A stretch of DNA of 64,000 bases from Myxococcota bacterium (GCA_965223705.1 OZ245015.1:576001-640000), one strand, 5' to 3'. Positions 45,845 to 55,827 are shown, counted from the stretch's first letter. The notes: generated by a model from the sequence alone, not told the origin. Made by a program: numbers and translations.

Positions 45845-47202
45845 TGAAACGCTTCTGGCTGCTGTGCGCCGTGATCGGGCTCTTTGCGGTTCCGAACGAA
45901 CCGGGATACGCCGCTTCTCCCGCACTCCCCGATCGCCCTACGCCCCTAGAAGAACTGCCCGAGCAACCTCACCCGCTGCTCTCTCTCGGCTCCGAATATC
46001 TCGCGTCCGGAAAGCTCGACAAGGGGTTCGAGCTGCCGACGGGCGCCGTTTGGCAGCCGCAGCTCTTGGTCTGGGGATCTCTCCGAACCGCACTGCAGGG
46101 AGAGTGGGGAGACGGCAGGGACCAGGCGCAGTGGGCGAATCGCGCCGATCTCTTTGCCCAACTCTCCCTGACCCCGACCGAGCGCCTGGTGATCAGCCTC
46201 CAGCCGCTGCACGAAGGCGGCGAGTCGTCCGGCTATCGGTTCGGGCTCGACGGCGATCGCGCGGAGTTCGACGGCGAATTCGATTCCTTTATCGAGACGC
46301 TGTATTTCGAGGGGGATTTCGGGGAGCTCTTCCCCGCTCTCGACCGCAACGAAGCCTGGCCGAGGGATCTGGGGTTCGTGTTTGGCCGCGCGCCGGTTAA
46401 TTTTCAAGACGGCTTCCTGATCGACGACAACATGACGGCCATCGGTTTGGTGCAGAACTCTCTTTCGTGGCCGGGAACCTCGAACGCCCGCGTGTCGTTC
46501 TTGGCCGCTTGGGACGATGTGCACCGCGGAGGCAACAATCGGCGGGGGGGCCACACCCAGCTGACGGGTGCCTTTCTGGAAGTCGATCGCGGAGAGACGA
46601 CCTGGGCATTCGATTCCGTCTACGTAAGCGGCGACGGGCCTGGGGACGGCGTCTTCGCGGGAGTGAGTGCGATTCGCAGGATCCGCGACCGCTGGAACGT
46701 CACCACCCGGTTCTTGGGCTCGTATGCACTGGACGAGGAAGTGGACGAGCTGAGCGACGGGTTGCTCGGCGTCGTGAGCCTCAGCTTCTCGCCCTACCGC
46801 ACGCACGATGTGGCGTACGTGAACCTGTTCGCGGCCTCCGGCCGTTACACCGCCGCGTCCCGAGGACCCACTCGGGGAGGGCCGCTCGGGCGCATCGGAC
46901 TCCTCTTCGAAGCTCCGGGGTTCGGTAGCTTGAGCGCACCGCTCGCCAACGACGCCGACCACCCGATCGGCGGCGCCATCGGATACCACAAGTTCTGGTC
47001 ACAGGGCCGCAGCCAGCTGATCGTGGAGCTGGGCGGACGGATTCAACCCCGCGGCGACGGGACCGACGCCTGGGGAGTCACGGCGCGCTTGCAGCAAGCC
47101 CTCGGGCGGCGCGTGGTGTTGCGCTTCGATCTGTACGGTGTCAGCCAGCGCGAACGCGGAGAGTTCGTCGGCGCCCGCTCGGAGATCCTGATCAAATTCT
47201 AA
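45841..47202 (+). CDS. Outer-membrane beta-barrel (porin-like) protein
   Basis: Signal peptide, alternating beta-strand pattern, terminal LIKF; coupled to cytochrome. Confidence 0.7.
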   Translation: MMKRFWLLCAVIGLFAVPNEPGYAASPALPDRPTPLEELPEQPHPLLSLGSEYLASGKLDKGFELPTGAVWQPQLLVWGSLRTALQGEWGDGRDQAQWANRADLFAQLSLTPTERLVISLQPLHEGGESSGYRFGLDGDRAEFDGEFDSFIETLYFEGDFGELFPALDRNEAWPRDLGFVFGRAPVNFQDGFLIDDNMTAIGLVQNSLSWPGTSNARVSFLAAWDDVHRGGNNRRGGHTQLTGAFLEVDRGETTWAFDSVYVSGDGPGDGVFAGVSAIRRIRDRWNVTTRFLGSYALDEEVDELSDGLLGVVSLSFSPYRTHDVAYVNLFAASGRYTAASRGPTRGGPLGRIGLLFEAPGFGSLSAPLANDADHPIGGAIGYHKFWSQGRSQLIVELGGRIQPRGDGTDAWGVTARLQQALGRRVVLRFDLYGVSQRERGEFVGARSEILIKF

Positions 47203-47219
47203 GCGAGTTGGTCGGCAGC

Positions 47220-47837
47220 CTATTCGTTGTCGTAGCTCAGGTCGTGCGCGACGGCCTCGACGGTATCTTGCGCCGGATCGAAATAATTGAGCGTCTCTCG
47301 GATGATGTCGCCGCCGTAGACGTGCACGCTCACCGTCGGCGTGTCGGTGGGGTTGATGAAGTCGTGCACGCACTCATTCGGGTACAGCACGTGCGCGGTC
47401 TCACCCGGAAGCAGATCGAGCGCCGCGGTTTCCCGTAGCTTCGCGTATCCCGGCTGCGCGCCGTCATCCTCACGCACATAGCGGATCGTGTGCAGCTTGT
47501 TGCGGTAAACGCCTTCGACGACCCAGTTCCCCGCGTGATCGTGAACGCCGCTCCCACCGCGGGCGGGCCAGATCGCGGCCATGATGTTGAAGCAGTCGCC
47601 GGCACCCCGATAAAGGCGATACAACGTGAAGTCCTGATGTTCACTGGCCGTGCGTCCCTCGACCGGTCGGCAGTATTCCTCGGGCAGGCCCCCGGCAGAG
47701 AGAAAGCGACCCAGCAGGGGCTCGATCTGCGATACCAGTTTTTCCTGTTCGGACTCAGCCGTGACGACGGCTTCTACGTCGGCCGCGAAAGCCTCGAGCG
47801 GATAGTTGTCGGTTACGGCAGAAGGTGCGCTGGCCAT
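47220..47837 (-). CDS. Cysteine dioxygenase-like cupin
   Basis: W...GSGVHDHAGNW, CVHD, SVHVYGGD. Confidence 0.8.
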   Translation of the reverse strand: MASAPSAVTDNYPLEAFAADVEAVVTAESEQEKLVSQIEPLLGRFLSAGGLPEEYCRPVEGRTASEHQDFTLYRLYRGAGDCFNIMAAIWPARGGSGVHDHAGNWVVEGVYRNKLHTIRYVREDDGAQPGYAKLRETAALDLLPGETAHVLYPNECVHDFINPTDTPTVSVHVYGGDIIRETLNYFDPAQDTVEAVAHDLSYDNE

Positions 47838-47906
47838 TTCTCAGCTCCCGGGGTTGTTCCTTATTGTAAGGAACACATCCACGAGTTCGGAGTCAACTCA
47901 GCAGCG

Positions 47907-48881
47907 CTATTTCTCAATAGTTTCCGAGAGATCACTTCCCCGGACGAGCCCCAGGTCTCCGATCATGCACTTCACGGAACCGCCGCCCTTTTTGAGAAAC
48001 TCGCTCACGTCGACGGTGACGGGGTTGACGTCGCGTTCGCGGATCTGGCCGAGCAGGCGGTCGGAGACGCCTTTCGGCATCACCAGGACCGGGTCGCCGC
48101 CGTCGGCGAAGGTGAAGGAGTTGGCGGCGTAGTGGGCGGCGTCGGCGTCTTCGATCTCGATCAGTTGTTCGCCGAAGAGATCGCGCAACAGGGAGAAGCC
48201 GGTCGCCGTTAGGCCGCGGCGGAATGCCAAGAGGTACTTCCGTCCGGGGCCGAACGCGCAGAGTGCCGTATCCCCGTGGTAGTGGGCTTCGAGGATGAGT
48301 TCGAGGCGATGGATCTCGCGGCCCGATGCGATATCGGCGAGGAGGGGCTCGACGCGCGCGTCGGTTCGGAACCCGTAGACACGGGTCCAGGGCGGGAAGC
48401 CCCAACGCGGAACGAAGCGTTGTTTCTCGAGCCGTCCGCAGGTCAACAGGAAATGGTCGCCCGCCGGGAAGAAATCCGCTTCGCCTTCGAAGCGAAGCGA
48501 TTCATCGATTTCGTCGAGCGGAACGCCCATCGGCTCGAGAAGCTTTCGGTAGTGCGCTTTCTCACCCGCACGGGACGGGAGCAGGTTTGAGAGCGTGAAT
48601 ACTTTCTCGTCGAGGGGCATCTCCAAATCGACGTCGCTCATCACGCCGGCGTTGGCGGGGTAGACCAAACCGGGGTGTGCGGGATCGGGTGGGACGACAA
48701 CGACCCGGATCCCCAGGTCGCGCAGGAGATCGCGGAGCCCGTGCCATTGTTCGATCGCGAGCTCTCGATTCACGCTGCGACGCAAACCGAAGCGATTGCG
48801 CGTATGGGGATTGGCACCGCCCTGTACGCTGAAGTGCGTCGGGTCTCCCATCAGAACGGTGCGTTTGTACGGGTCGGTCAT
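47907..48881 (-). CDS. Amidinotransferase/DDAH-like (pentein) hydrolase
   Basis: LVYPANAG, FEGEAD, HYHGDTA, SEFLKKGGGSVKCM. Confidence 0.85.
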   Translation of the reverse strand: MTDPYKRTVLMGDPTHFSVQGGANPHTRNRFGLRRSVNRELAIEQWHGLRDLLRDLGIRVVVVPPDPAHPGLVYPANAGVMSDVDLEMPLDEKVFTLSNLLPSRAGEKAHYRKLLEPMGVPLDEIDESLRFEGEADFFPAGDHFLLTCGRLEKQRFVPRWGFPPWTRVYGFRTDARVEPLLADIASGREIHRLELILEAHYHGDTALCAFGPGRKYLLAFRRGLTATGFSLLRDLFGEQLIEIEDADAAHYAANSFTFADGGDPVLVMPKGVSDRLLGQIRERDVNPVTVDVSEFLKKGGGSVKCMIGDLGLVRGSDLSETIEK

Positions 48882-48894
48882 GCTGCGTCGAGTC

Positions 48895-49920
48895 CTAAGG
48901 GAGGGGGGTCACGCTGACGCGGTCGCCGCCGCATACGCCGAGCGCGGCGCGGCATTCCGCGGAGACCCAGGGTGCGCGGTCGTCGTCGAGGGGCACGACC
49001 GTGGCGCGAAACCCGTCGCGACCTTCGACAGAAAGCAAAGCCAACGGGGCAGCTTCGTCGGCACGACCTTCTCGCGTCGTTCCCGGAAGCACGAGCTCCC
49101 GTCGTTCCCGCACCGAGACGATCGCGTCGCGTGCCGCTCCGTAATAGGGGCCGCCGTCAAACGGGTCGACTTGATTCAGGGGGTGGAAGCCCACTTTCTC
49201 GAGGATCCGGACGGCGGGGCGCGAAGAATCGTTCGGCACGCCGATCATGTCCTGGACGTCCTGGGGAAAGAGGGTGACGTAGACGGGATCCACCGGAAAG
49301 AGATCCGCGATGAACTGCTTCGTCTGCGCGGAGAGGTGATCGGCTTCGCGATACGGAAGACCGGTAAACCTCGCGCCAAAAGCTTCCCATAGACGGTTCT
49401 CACCGGGCGCCGCAAAGCACGAGAGCATTTCCGCGATGACCTGTTGCTCGAAGCGATCGGGATACGCGGAGATGTACGCGAAGCGAACCACCGAAAGCGC
49501 TTTGCCGCATTTCTCCGGGTGGCCTCGGTACGCCGGATCGAGAATCAGACCGCCGACTTCGGTGGGGCCGTTCTCCGACGAGCGCAACCGCAACTTCGTG
49601 TGTACGAAGCGCCGTTCGAGCTCTGGGCTGCGGCGCTCCTCTTCCGAGACTTCGAGCCAGAAGTAGGGGAGTCCCGGTCGGCCCTGCTTCGCGATGATGA
49701 GCGAAGTGCCGACGCAGCGCTTCTGCTCGAGGTCTTCGAGCACGAACGTGAATACCGCGTCGCGTGGATCCTTGAGGGAGCCGGCGAACGATCGGCTGGA
49801 AAGCTCGATGCGCTTTTCGAGAAAGTCTTCGTCCCGGGGCAAATTGACCGAATCGAGTCCGCCCGCAAGATCGAGAAGATCCGGAAGATCCTCCTGCGCG
49901 ACCGGCCGAAGGATCAGCAC
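48895..49920 (-). CDS. astA: Arginine N-succinyltransferase
   Basis: LILRPV, NLP.D, FVLED, GPTEVGGLIL, VIAEM, VDPFDGGP. Confidence 0.85.
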   Translation of the reverse strand: MLILRPVAQEDLPDLLDLAGGLDSVNLPRDEDFLEKRIELSSRSFAGSLKDPRDAVFTFVLEDLEQKRCVGTSLIIAKQGRPGLPYFWLEVSEEERRSPELERRFVHTKLRLRSSENGPTEVGGLILDPAYRGHPEKCGKALSVVRFAYISAYPDRFEQQVIAEMLSCFAAPGENRLWEAFGARFTGLPYREADHLSAQTKQFIADLFPVDPVYVTLFPQDVQDMIGVPNDSSRPAVRILEKVGFHPLNQVDPFDGGPYYGAARDAIVSVRERRELVLPGTTREGRADEAAPLALLSVEGRDGFRATVVPLDDDRAPWVSAECRAALGVCGGDRVSVTPLP

Positions 49921-51293
49921 GTAAGGCCTCGATCCTCCGCTACCTGTCTCAAGGCCTTCTCGAGAATGACGAAACCGCTCTCGAGCTCTTCGTCGGTCAC
50001 GTTGACCGGGAGAAGCATGCGGATCTTCATCGGGCTCGCGCCGGCGGGGAAGACGATCAGCCCGGCTTCGAACGCGGCGTCGATCACGGCGCGCACGACT
50101 CTCGGATCCCCGTCAAAGGGGACGAAGGCCTGCATGGCGCCGATCCCGGAACGGGCGCCCACGGCGCGTGGCATGCGCTTCTGTAGTGACTCGAATCGAC
50201 GATCGACCCGTCGTTCGAGCACTTGGATGCGCCCGTCGGCTCCGAGGTAGCCCTCGGAATCGAGCCGTTCGATGATGCGCGCACCCATCGCCATGGCAGA
50301 GGACGAGCCGGCGTACGTTCCGGCGATGAGCGCGGGATCCGGGTTGTAGGGCTTGCGGTAGAGGACCGCGCTCCCCTGCAGGAACTTCCCGGCCGTGACC
50401 ACGTCGACGTAGTCGTCGAGTTCAAACGTGCGGAACGCGAAAAGCTCACCCGTCCGCCCGAAGGTCTGCACTTCGTCGATCCAAACGGCGACCTTTGCGC
50501 GGCGGCAACATTCCATCAGTGCCACGAAGAATTCCCGCGGCGCCGTGTTGAAGCCGCCTTCGCCCTGCACCAGCTCGAACAACATGCCCGCGATTTTTCC
50601 CGGGTAGCGAGCGAGATGCGCCTCGAGCGCGTTGACACTGCGCAGTGTCGATGCGGGATCGTCCGGATCGTAGAACGGCACGTGGTGCACGTTGCCGCGA
50701 AGGGGGAGGCCTTTGCGCATCGCGGGCTTGTCCGTGAGCTCGGCCATCGTGCTGGTGCGCCCGGCAAACGCGCGCTCGAACACGACAATGTGGTCAGCCG
50801 GCGCGTGCTTGTGCTGAATGATCTTCAAGGCGTTCTCGTTGGCCATGGCGCCCGACAGGGAGAGCCACACGTGGCGGAGCTTCTTGCCGGCGTGCTTCAG
50901 CAGCGCCTCGGAGAGGCGGAAGTATTCCGGGCCGGGGGCCAAGTGCCCTTGAAACGCGGTGTCCGTCGCCGCGGCGATGGCCGCGGTTTCCAGGAGATCG
51001 TCGTCACTGTGGCCGAAACCGTAGACGCCGATGCCACCGATGAAGTCGAGCTTCGTCGTCCCGTCCGCGAGCCGAACACGGGCGCCGCGTCCGGGGCCCG
51101 CTGTGAGGAGTGGCAGGAACAGCCCCCGCCCCCGCATGCGGCCGAGTTTTTCGACCGCCTTGCGGTAGGCGTCGCCGGGCAGGGCACGCCGAGAGCTCTC
51201 CTCGGCGACCGCGGCGACGAGCGCGCGGGCGGCTTCGCGCACCGCCGGAGCGGACGCGAGATCGACGAGCGGGTTTCCGGATCGCTTGGCCAC
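49914..51293 (-). CDS. Class III PLP aminotransferase (AstC/ArgD-like)
   Basis: SGAMANENALK, ELVQGEGG, IDEVQTFGRTG, TAGK. Confidence 0.88.
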   Translation of the reverse strand: MAKRSGNPLVDLASAPAVREAARALVAAVAEESSRRALPGDAYRKAVEKLGRMRGRGLFLPLLTAGPGRGARVRLADGTTKLDFIGGIGVYGFGHSDDDLLETAAIAAATDTAFQGHLAPGPEYFRLSEALLKHAGKKLRHVWLSLSGAMANENALKIIQHKHAPADHIVVFERAFAGRTSTMAELTDKPAMRKGLPLRGNVHHVPFYDPDDPASTLRSVNALEAHLARYPGKIAGMLFELVQGEGGFNTAPREFFVALMECCRRAKVAVWIDEVQTFGRTGELFAFRTFELDDYVDVVTAGKFLQGSAVLYRKPYNPDPALIAGTYAGSSSAMAMGARIIERLDSEGYLGADGRIQVLERRVDRRFESLQKRMPRAVGARSGIGAMQAFVPFDGDPRVVRAVIDAAFEAGLIVFPAGASPMKIRMLLPVNVTDEELESGFVILEKALRQVAEDRGLTC

Positions 51294-51504
51294 AGTGGTC
51301 AGGGTATCGGCCGTTTGCGGGTGCGGCTTGGGAACCCTTCGCGTCTTGCGGTGTCATACTCGCGGAAGAGTCGAACCGTTGGCGCGGACGGAGAAAGCAC
51401 GCGATGCTTCGCCCGCGAGAGCGCGAGAAAACCACACAATTGTTGCACTTTCGACCCAATCGCTTCGCTTGATCCGAAACCGCGAATAACCGAAAAGAAA
51501 CGAC

Positions 51505-52329
51505 GTGCCGCGCGTAAACGTTCGAGCCCGATCCGACGAACGCCGCCGAACTTCCCAGCGGCGAGACGCCCTCGCTCAGGCGATCCCGTACATCGCCACG
51601 GTCAAGGCGCCCTCGGTGCCCGCGGCCGGCCGCGTTTTGGGGCGTCAGCTTTCGGTGGCGACGTACAACGTCCACCGCTGGTCCGGGCACAACGGCACGC
51701 GCGCGCCCGAACCGGCGCGCGCCGGCTTTGTCATCTCGGAGATGGGCGCGGATATCGTCGCACTCCAAGAAGCGCTGCGACCTTTTGACGGGCGCGATCC
51801 TCTGGCCGATCTCGCCGAGCGATTGCAGTTGCACTTGGCGTTCGTGACGACCCGCGTGCATCGCCGCGGCGAAGTGGGGAACGCGATTCTCTCGCGCTGG
51901 CCCATCACGAGTCTCTTCACGGTCGACTTGACGTACACGCGCGTGGAGCGCCGCTCGGCGATGGCCGTCCAGTTCGCGAGTGAAGCCGGGCCGCTGTCTA
52001 TCGTCGCGACCCATCTCTCACTGGTCGACCGCACTCGCCACCGCCAGGTGCAATCGATTCTCGGGCACCCCCAACTTCAAGGGGCCGTGGTGCTCCTCGG
52101 GGATATGAACGCGTGGCGACGCTGTAAGGCGAGCCGCGCACTCGAGAAGGAGCTCGTCGGAGAAGATCGTCGGTGGCCGCGTACGTTCCCCGCGGCCCGG
52201 CCGGTCCTCGCCCTCGACCGCATCTACGCGCGCGGCGCCGAGATCGAGAAGATCGAGGCCTACGCCACACCCGCTGCGAAGCGGGCGTCGGACCACCTCC
52301 CGGTGACGGCGGAAGTGCGCATCCTCTAA
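51505..52329 (+). CDS. Endonuclease/exonuclease/phosphatase family protein
   Basis: ATYNVH, DIVALQE, GNAILSR, LGDMN, LDRIY, SDHLP. Confidence 0.9.
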   Translation: MPRVNVRARSDERRRTSQRRDALAQAIPYIATVKAPSVPAAGRVLGRQLSVATYNVHRWSGHNGTRAPEPARAGFVISEMGADIVALQEALRPFDGRDPLADLAERLQLHLAFVTTRVHRRGEVGNAILSRWPITSLFTVDLTYTRVERRSAMAVQFASEAGPLSIVATHLSLVDRTRHRQVQSILGHPQLQGAVVLLGDMNAWRRCKASRALEKELVGEDRRWPRTFPAARPVLALDRIYARGAEIEKIEAYATPAAKRASDHLPVTAEVRIL

Positions 52330-52339
52330 CATCCATTCC

Positions 52340-52654
52340 ATGCGCGTTCTCGTTGCCCTCGCGTTCCTCGCCGGGACCACGGCTACCGGCTGCGCGACCT
52401 ATGAGGCCGGGCGCCTCTACAGCGCGGGGAGCTCTGTCATCTCGAGCGATCCGGAGCGGGCGATCGTGCAGCTCGAGCGGGCCGCGCGGTTGGCGCCTCA
52501 GGCCAGCGAGATTCATAACCATCTGGGGTTGGCCTACGCCGAAGCCGGTCGGCCGAAGGACGCCATCGCCGCTTTCGAGCGCGCCGTCGCGATCGACTGC
52601 GACAACGAGGCGGCGCAATACAACCTGGCGCGCGCCCGGGGCGAAGGGCCGTGA
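52340..52654 (+). CDS. TPR-repeat lipoprotein
   Basis: Lipobox ATGC; HNHLGLAY...AIAAFERA...AQYNL. Confidence 0.8.
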   Translation: MRVLVALAFLAGTTATGCATYEAGRLYSAGSSVISSDPERAIVQLERAARLAPQASEIHNHLGLAYAEAGRPKDAIAAFERAVAIDCDNEAAQYNLARARGEGP

Positions 52655-53118
52655 GCCGGGAGGATCGCCCGAAGCCCTCTTTCAGCGAGCGGGACAAGCT
52701 GCTGAAAGAGAAGAAGCAAGGGTATTCGGCGCCCCGTGGGCGCGCGGCCGAGGCCCGCGCAAAGGCCGCGACCGATCAGGCGCTAAAAAGCGCGGATGCG
52801 CTCTTCAGCGGAGCGAAAGGCGGCGCCGACGGTGCCCGGCTCGCCGCGGCCGTCGAAGAGGCGCGGGGAAGCAGCGGATTCGACGCCGCGTGCCGCGCCT
52901 ACCTCGAAGCCGTCGGGCCGCCCGGCGATGTAGCGCTGGCGTCGGCGTTTCTCGATGCGGAGGACACCGCCATTCTCTGCGCGGGCCTCGAATCGCTCCG
53001 CAGCCAGCAGGGGGCCGGTGCGCTGACGATCAATCGCGGGCTGCGCTCGCGCTTGCGGATGCTCGCCGAGCACCGCGACGACGACGTGGCTTACGGAGCA
53101 GAAGACCTCCTGAGCTGA
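52651..53118 (+). CDS. Hypothetical protein
   Basis: GTGA-coupled ORF with protein-like composition. Confidence 0.6.
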   Translation: MSREDRPKPSFSERDKLLKEKKQGYSAPRGRAAEARAKAATDQALKSADALFSGAKGGADGARLAAAVEEARGSSGFDAACRAYLEAVGPPGDVALASAFLDAEDTAILCAGLESLRSQQGAGALTINRGLRSRLRMLAEHRDDDVAYGAEDLLS

Positions 53119-53138
53119 CAGCATCCCCTCGGGGATTA

Positions 53139-53196
53139 TTGACAGTCTTGAGCGCTCGCTCGTATCCTTGGAATTGAAAACGCTTTTCAATTCCAA
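53139..53196 (+). promoter_or_regulatory. Sigma70 promoter (TTGACA-N18-TATCCT) with adjacent Fur-box-like palindrome
   Basis: TTGGAATTGAAAA-CGC-TTTTCAATTCCAA, perfect 13-bp arms at 53168-53196. Confidence 0.75.
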
Positions 53197-53217
53197 TTGA
53201 GACATTGAGTGCCGTCA

Positions 53218-53799
53218 ATGCCCAAACTTCTAGAACCTTTCACCCGTCGCGCCGCGTTCCTTGCCGCTTCGATCGGTGTTGCCGTCGCCCTGGCGTCGCC
53301 GGCTGCGACCAAGGTATTCGCGAGTCGAACCGAAGCGATCGAAGAAGCATTCCCCGACGCAACCCGCGTCGAAGAGAAGACCTGGTTGCTGGACGACCAC
53401 GAGCTCGCGGCGATCCAGGAGCTCGCGAAAGCGGGGCTCGATACTCGGCTCGTCACGATCTACACCGGGTACCGCGATGACGAGCTCCTCGGTTACGCAC
53501 TGATCGATATCCACACGGTGCGGACGCTCCCCGAAGCTTTTCTGATCGTGATGAGCCCGACGGGCGAGGTCGAAGGGCTGCGGTTGCTCGCTTTCTACGA
53601 GCCGCAGGAATACGCCCCGCAAGTCAAGTGGCTCGCACAATTCAACGAGCGCCCGCTCGCGCCGGGACTGCGCTTGCACGGCGAGATCGACGGCATTTCC
53701 GGAGCCACGCTGACCGCACGTGCGGTGACCGACGGGGTTCGGCGCGCTTTGGCGACGTACCGCGTTCTTCTGGAACGGCGCGTCGCCGGCACACCCTAA
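53218..53799 (+). CDS. Exported FMN-binding domain protein (RnfG/NqrC-like flavinylation substrate)
   Basis: Signal peptide, WLAQF, IDGISGATLT motif. Confidence 0.85.
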   Translation: MPKLLEPFTRRAAFLAASIGVAVALASPAATKVFASRTEAIEEAFPDATRVEEKTWLLDDHELAAIQELAKAGLDTRLVTIYTGYRDDELLGYALIDIHTVRTLPEAFLIVMSPTGEVEGLRLLAFYEPQEYAPQVKWLAQFNERPLAPGLRLHGEIDGISGATLTARAVTDGVRRALATYRVLLERRVAGTP

Positions 53800-53807
53800 G
53801 GCGAGGC

Positions 53808-54302
53808 GTGCGGTTCGTCATCACGGGCGAATGGAGCCGCAACCGGCTGCTCCAGACGATCGTGGTTCTCTATTCCGTTTACGTCGCTCTTCTCTGGCTG
53901 ACCAACGCGCTGTTGTATTTCGAGAAAATGAACCTCACGCCCCAGTCGGTGGTCGACTACTACCTCGGAAACGAGGAGCAGTTCCTGCCGCCGCGGAGCT
54001 TCCAGGGGCTCCTCGAGATTTCGCACTTCCATCTGTTCGCGATGGGGATGCTGCTCTTGGTCCTCACGCATCTCATGCTCTTTGTCCCGTTGTCGAATCG
54101 CGTCAAGGCCTGGCTCATCGCGCTGCCGTTCTTGTCGGCTCTCCTCGATGAGGGAGCGAGCTGGATGGTCCGCTACGGGGGTGAGGCGTTCGCGATCGTG
54201 AAGATCGCCGGCTTCCTCTCGCTCCAGGCGAGTCTCGCCGTGTTGGTCGGCCTGGCACTTTGGGCCGTCTTCACCGGCAGCCACAGAAACTACTCGAGCT
54301 AG
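53808..54302 (+). CDS. Four-TM membrane protein with conserved His (possible heme b or metal binding)
   Basis: GTG start; SHFHLF...LTH; four hydrophobic segments. Confidence 0.7.
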   Translation: MRFVITGEWSRNRLLQTIVVLYSVYVALLWLTNALLYFEKMNLTPQSVVDYYLGNEEQFLPPRSFQGLLEISHFHLFAMGMLLLVLTHLMLFVPLSNRVKAWLIALPFLSALLDEGASWMVRYGGEAFAIVKIAGFLSLQASLAVLVGLALWAVFTGSHRNYSS

Positions 54303-54940
54303 TAGCGACGCTCGTCAATCACCAGGGCGGTCGGCAGCTCGTCCGGATTGCGAGCCGGCGCCGGCAGGTGTCGCGCCAAAATGGCGCCGATCTTCTCGAC
54401 TCCGCGAAGGAGGCCCTCGGTCAGGGCGCCGCTCTTCGCCAGGGGTAGGACGGCTGCGACGACACCCTCCCAACTCTCGTCCGGGTCGAGCAACGCATCG
54501 ACTCCACTGTCGCCGAGGACAATGACGCGATGCTCGAGAAGCGAAACGAACAACAGCACACCGCTGCGGCTCGCCGTTCGCGCGAGCCCGTGCTCATGAA
54601 AGCCCGCGGCAGCCCTTTGTCTGGCGCGTCGCTCCATGAGCGCGTCCGAAAGGAAGAGCCTCAAAATCGGATCGAAGCGGCACAGGAGCTGTCCCAGGAG
54701 CAAACAAAAAATCTGGAGCAGCAGGAGAACCAACGCGTCGCCGGGTGGACCGAACGCGACCCACGCGCAGGAGACCCAAAGCGTAAAGAGGAGCGCCGCG
54801 CGCCAGCGCGCGCCGCGGTAGCCGTCGCACGCATCGGTGACGAGGACCACGATCTCGCCCGTGGTTTCCGTTTCTGCGCGAAGCACCGCTTCCTCGATCC
54901 GCAGGCGATCAGCGGGGTCGATCAGCGCACTCGGTTTCAT
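54299..54940 (-). CDS. TPM-domain membrane protein (LemA operon)
   Basis: AETETTGEIV, GVLLFVSLLEH, NPDELP. Confidence 0.85.
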   Translation of the reverse strand: MKPSALIDPADRLRIEEAVLRAETETTGEIVVLVTDACDGYRGARWRAALLFTLWVSCAWVAFGPPGDALVLLLLQIFCLLLGQLLCRFDPILRLFLSDALMERRARQRAAAGFHEHGLARTASRSGVLLFVSLLEHRVIVLGDSGVDALLDPDESWEGVVAAVLPLAKSGALTEGLLRGVEKIGAILARHLPAPARNPDELPTALVIDERRY

Positions 54941-55827
54941 CACCAACTCCCCGAGGCGCCGCCGCCTCCGAAGCTTCCACCGCCGCCTCCAAAGCCGCCG
55001 CCGAAACCTCCGCCAAAGCCTCCCGTGTAGCCACCGCCGCGGCCGAAGCCTCCGGTTCCAAAGCCGCCGCGGCCCGAGCTGCCCGCGGTGCTCCCGAAGA
55101 ACGCGCCGACGCCGGCGGCGCCGAGCTGCCAGAGAAGGGTGGGAAGGAGCAACCAACCGAGAAGCCCGGCGAAGAGCGCGCCAAGGCCGGCTCCCAGGAG
55201 TTTCTTCTTGCGGCTCACGACCATGCCGACGCTACCGCCGAAGAAACCCGCGAAAAGCAGTCCGGCGAGAGGACTCGCCGGACCTCCGCGGTTGGAGCCG
55301 CGAGGAGGACGGGGGAGTTCTTCGCCGCGCGCGACTCGCATGAGCGCATTCACGCCCGCATCGATCCCGGCCGGGGTGTCACCCCTTCTGAATTCGGGCA
55401 GGACCTGCTCGCGCAAGATCCGCGCCGCGATGGCATCGGGGATCGCTCCCTCGAGGCCGTAGCCGACTTCGATGCGCACTTTGCGCTCGTTCGGGGCGAT
55501 GACGAACAACACGCCGTTGTCGTTTTCCGCGGTACCGAGCTTCCAGGCCGAGGCCACTCGGAAGGCGAAGCCTTCGACGGAGTCGCCACCCAGGCTCGCC
55601 ACCGTGAGGACCGCGAGCTGGTGCGTCGTCTCGCGCTCGAACGCTTCGAGCCGCGCCTCGAGTGCGTCGCGCTGCGTCGCGGAGAGCACGCCGGCGTGAT
55701 CCGAAACGCGCCCAACGAGGCGCGGGATCGGCGCGTCCGCCTGCGCGAGAACCGGTGTCCCGGTGGCCGCGAGGAGCGCCAGGAGAATCGCGGTCAGGAA
55801 GCCAAGGCCGAAAGCCCTTCCGATCAG
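54940..55827 (-). CDS. TPM-domain protein (YgcG-like) with Gly-rich tail; probable CTG start
   Basis: RVSDHAGVLS, DNGVLF, RIEVGYGLEGAIPD, GGGGSFGGGGASGSW; signal peptide lies upstream of ORF-track start. Confidence 0.85.
   Translation of the reverse strand: MIGRAFGLGFLTAILLALLAATGTPVLAQADAPIPRLVGRVSDHAGVLSATQRDALEARLEAFERETTHQLAVLTVASLGGDSVEGFAFRVASAWKLGTAENDNGVLFVIAPNERKVRIEVGYGLEGAIPDAIAARILREQVLPEFRRGDTPAGIDAGVNALMRVARGEELPRPPRGSNRGGPASPLAGLLFAGFFGGSVGMVVSRKKKLLGAGLGALFAGLLGWLLLPTLLWQLGAAGVGAFFGSTAGSSGRGGFGTGGFGRGGGYTGGFGGGFGGGFGGGGGSFGGGGASGSW

Noticed and set aside
54945..55080. GGC-rich repeat tract
   Set aside because: Encodes the normal Gly-rich tail of YgcG/TPM proteins
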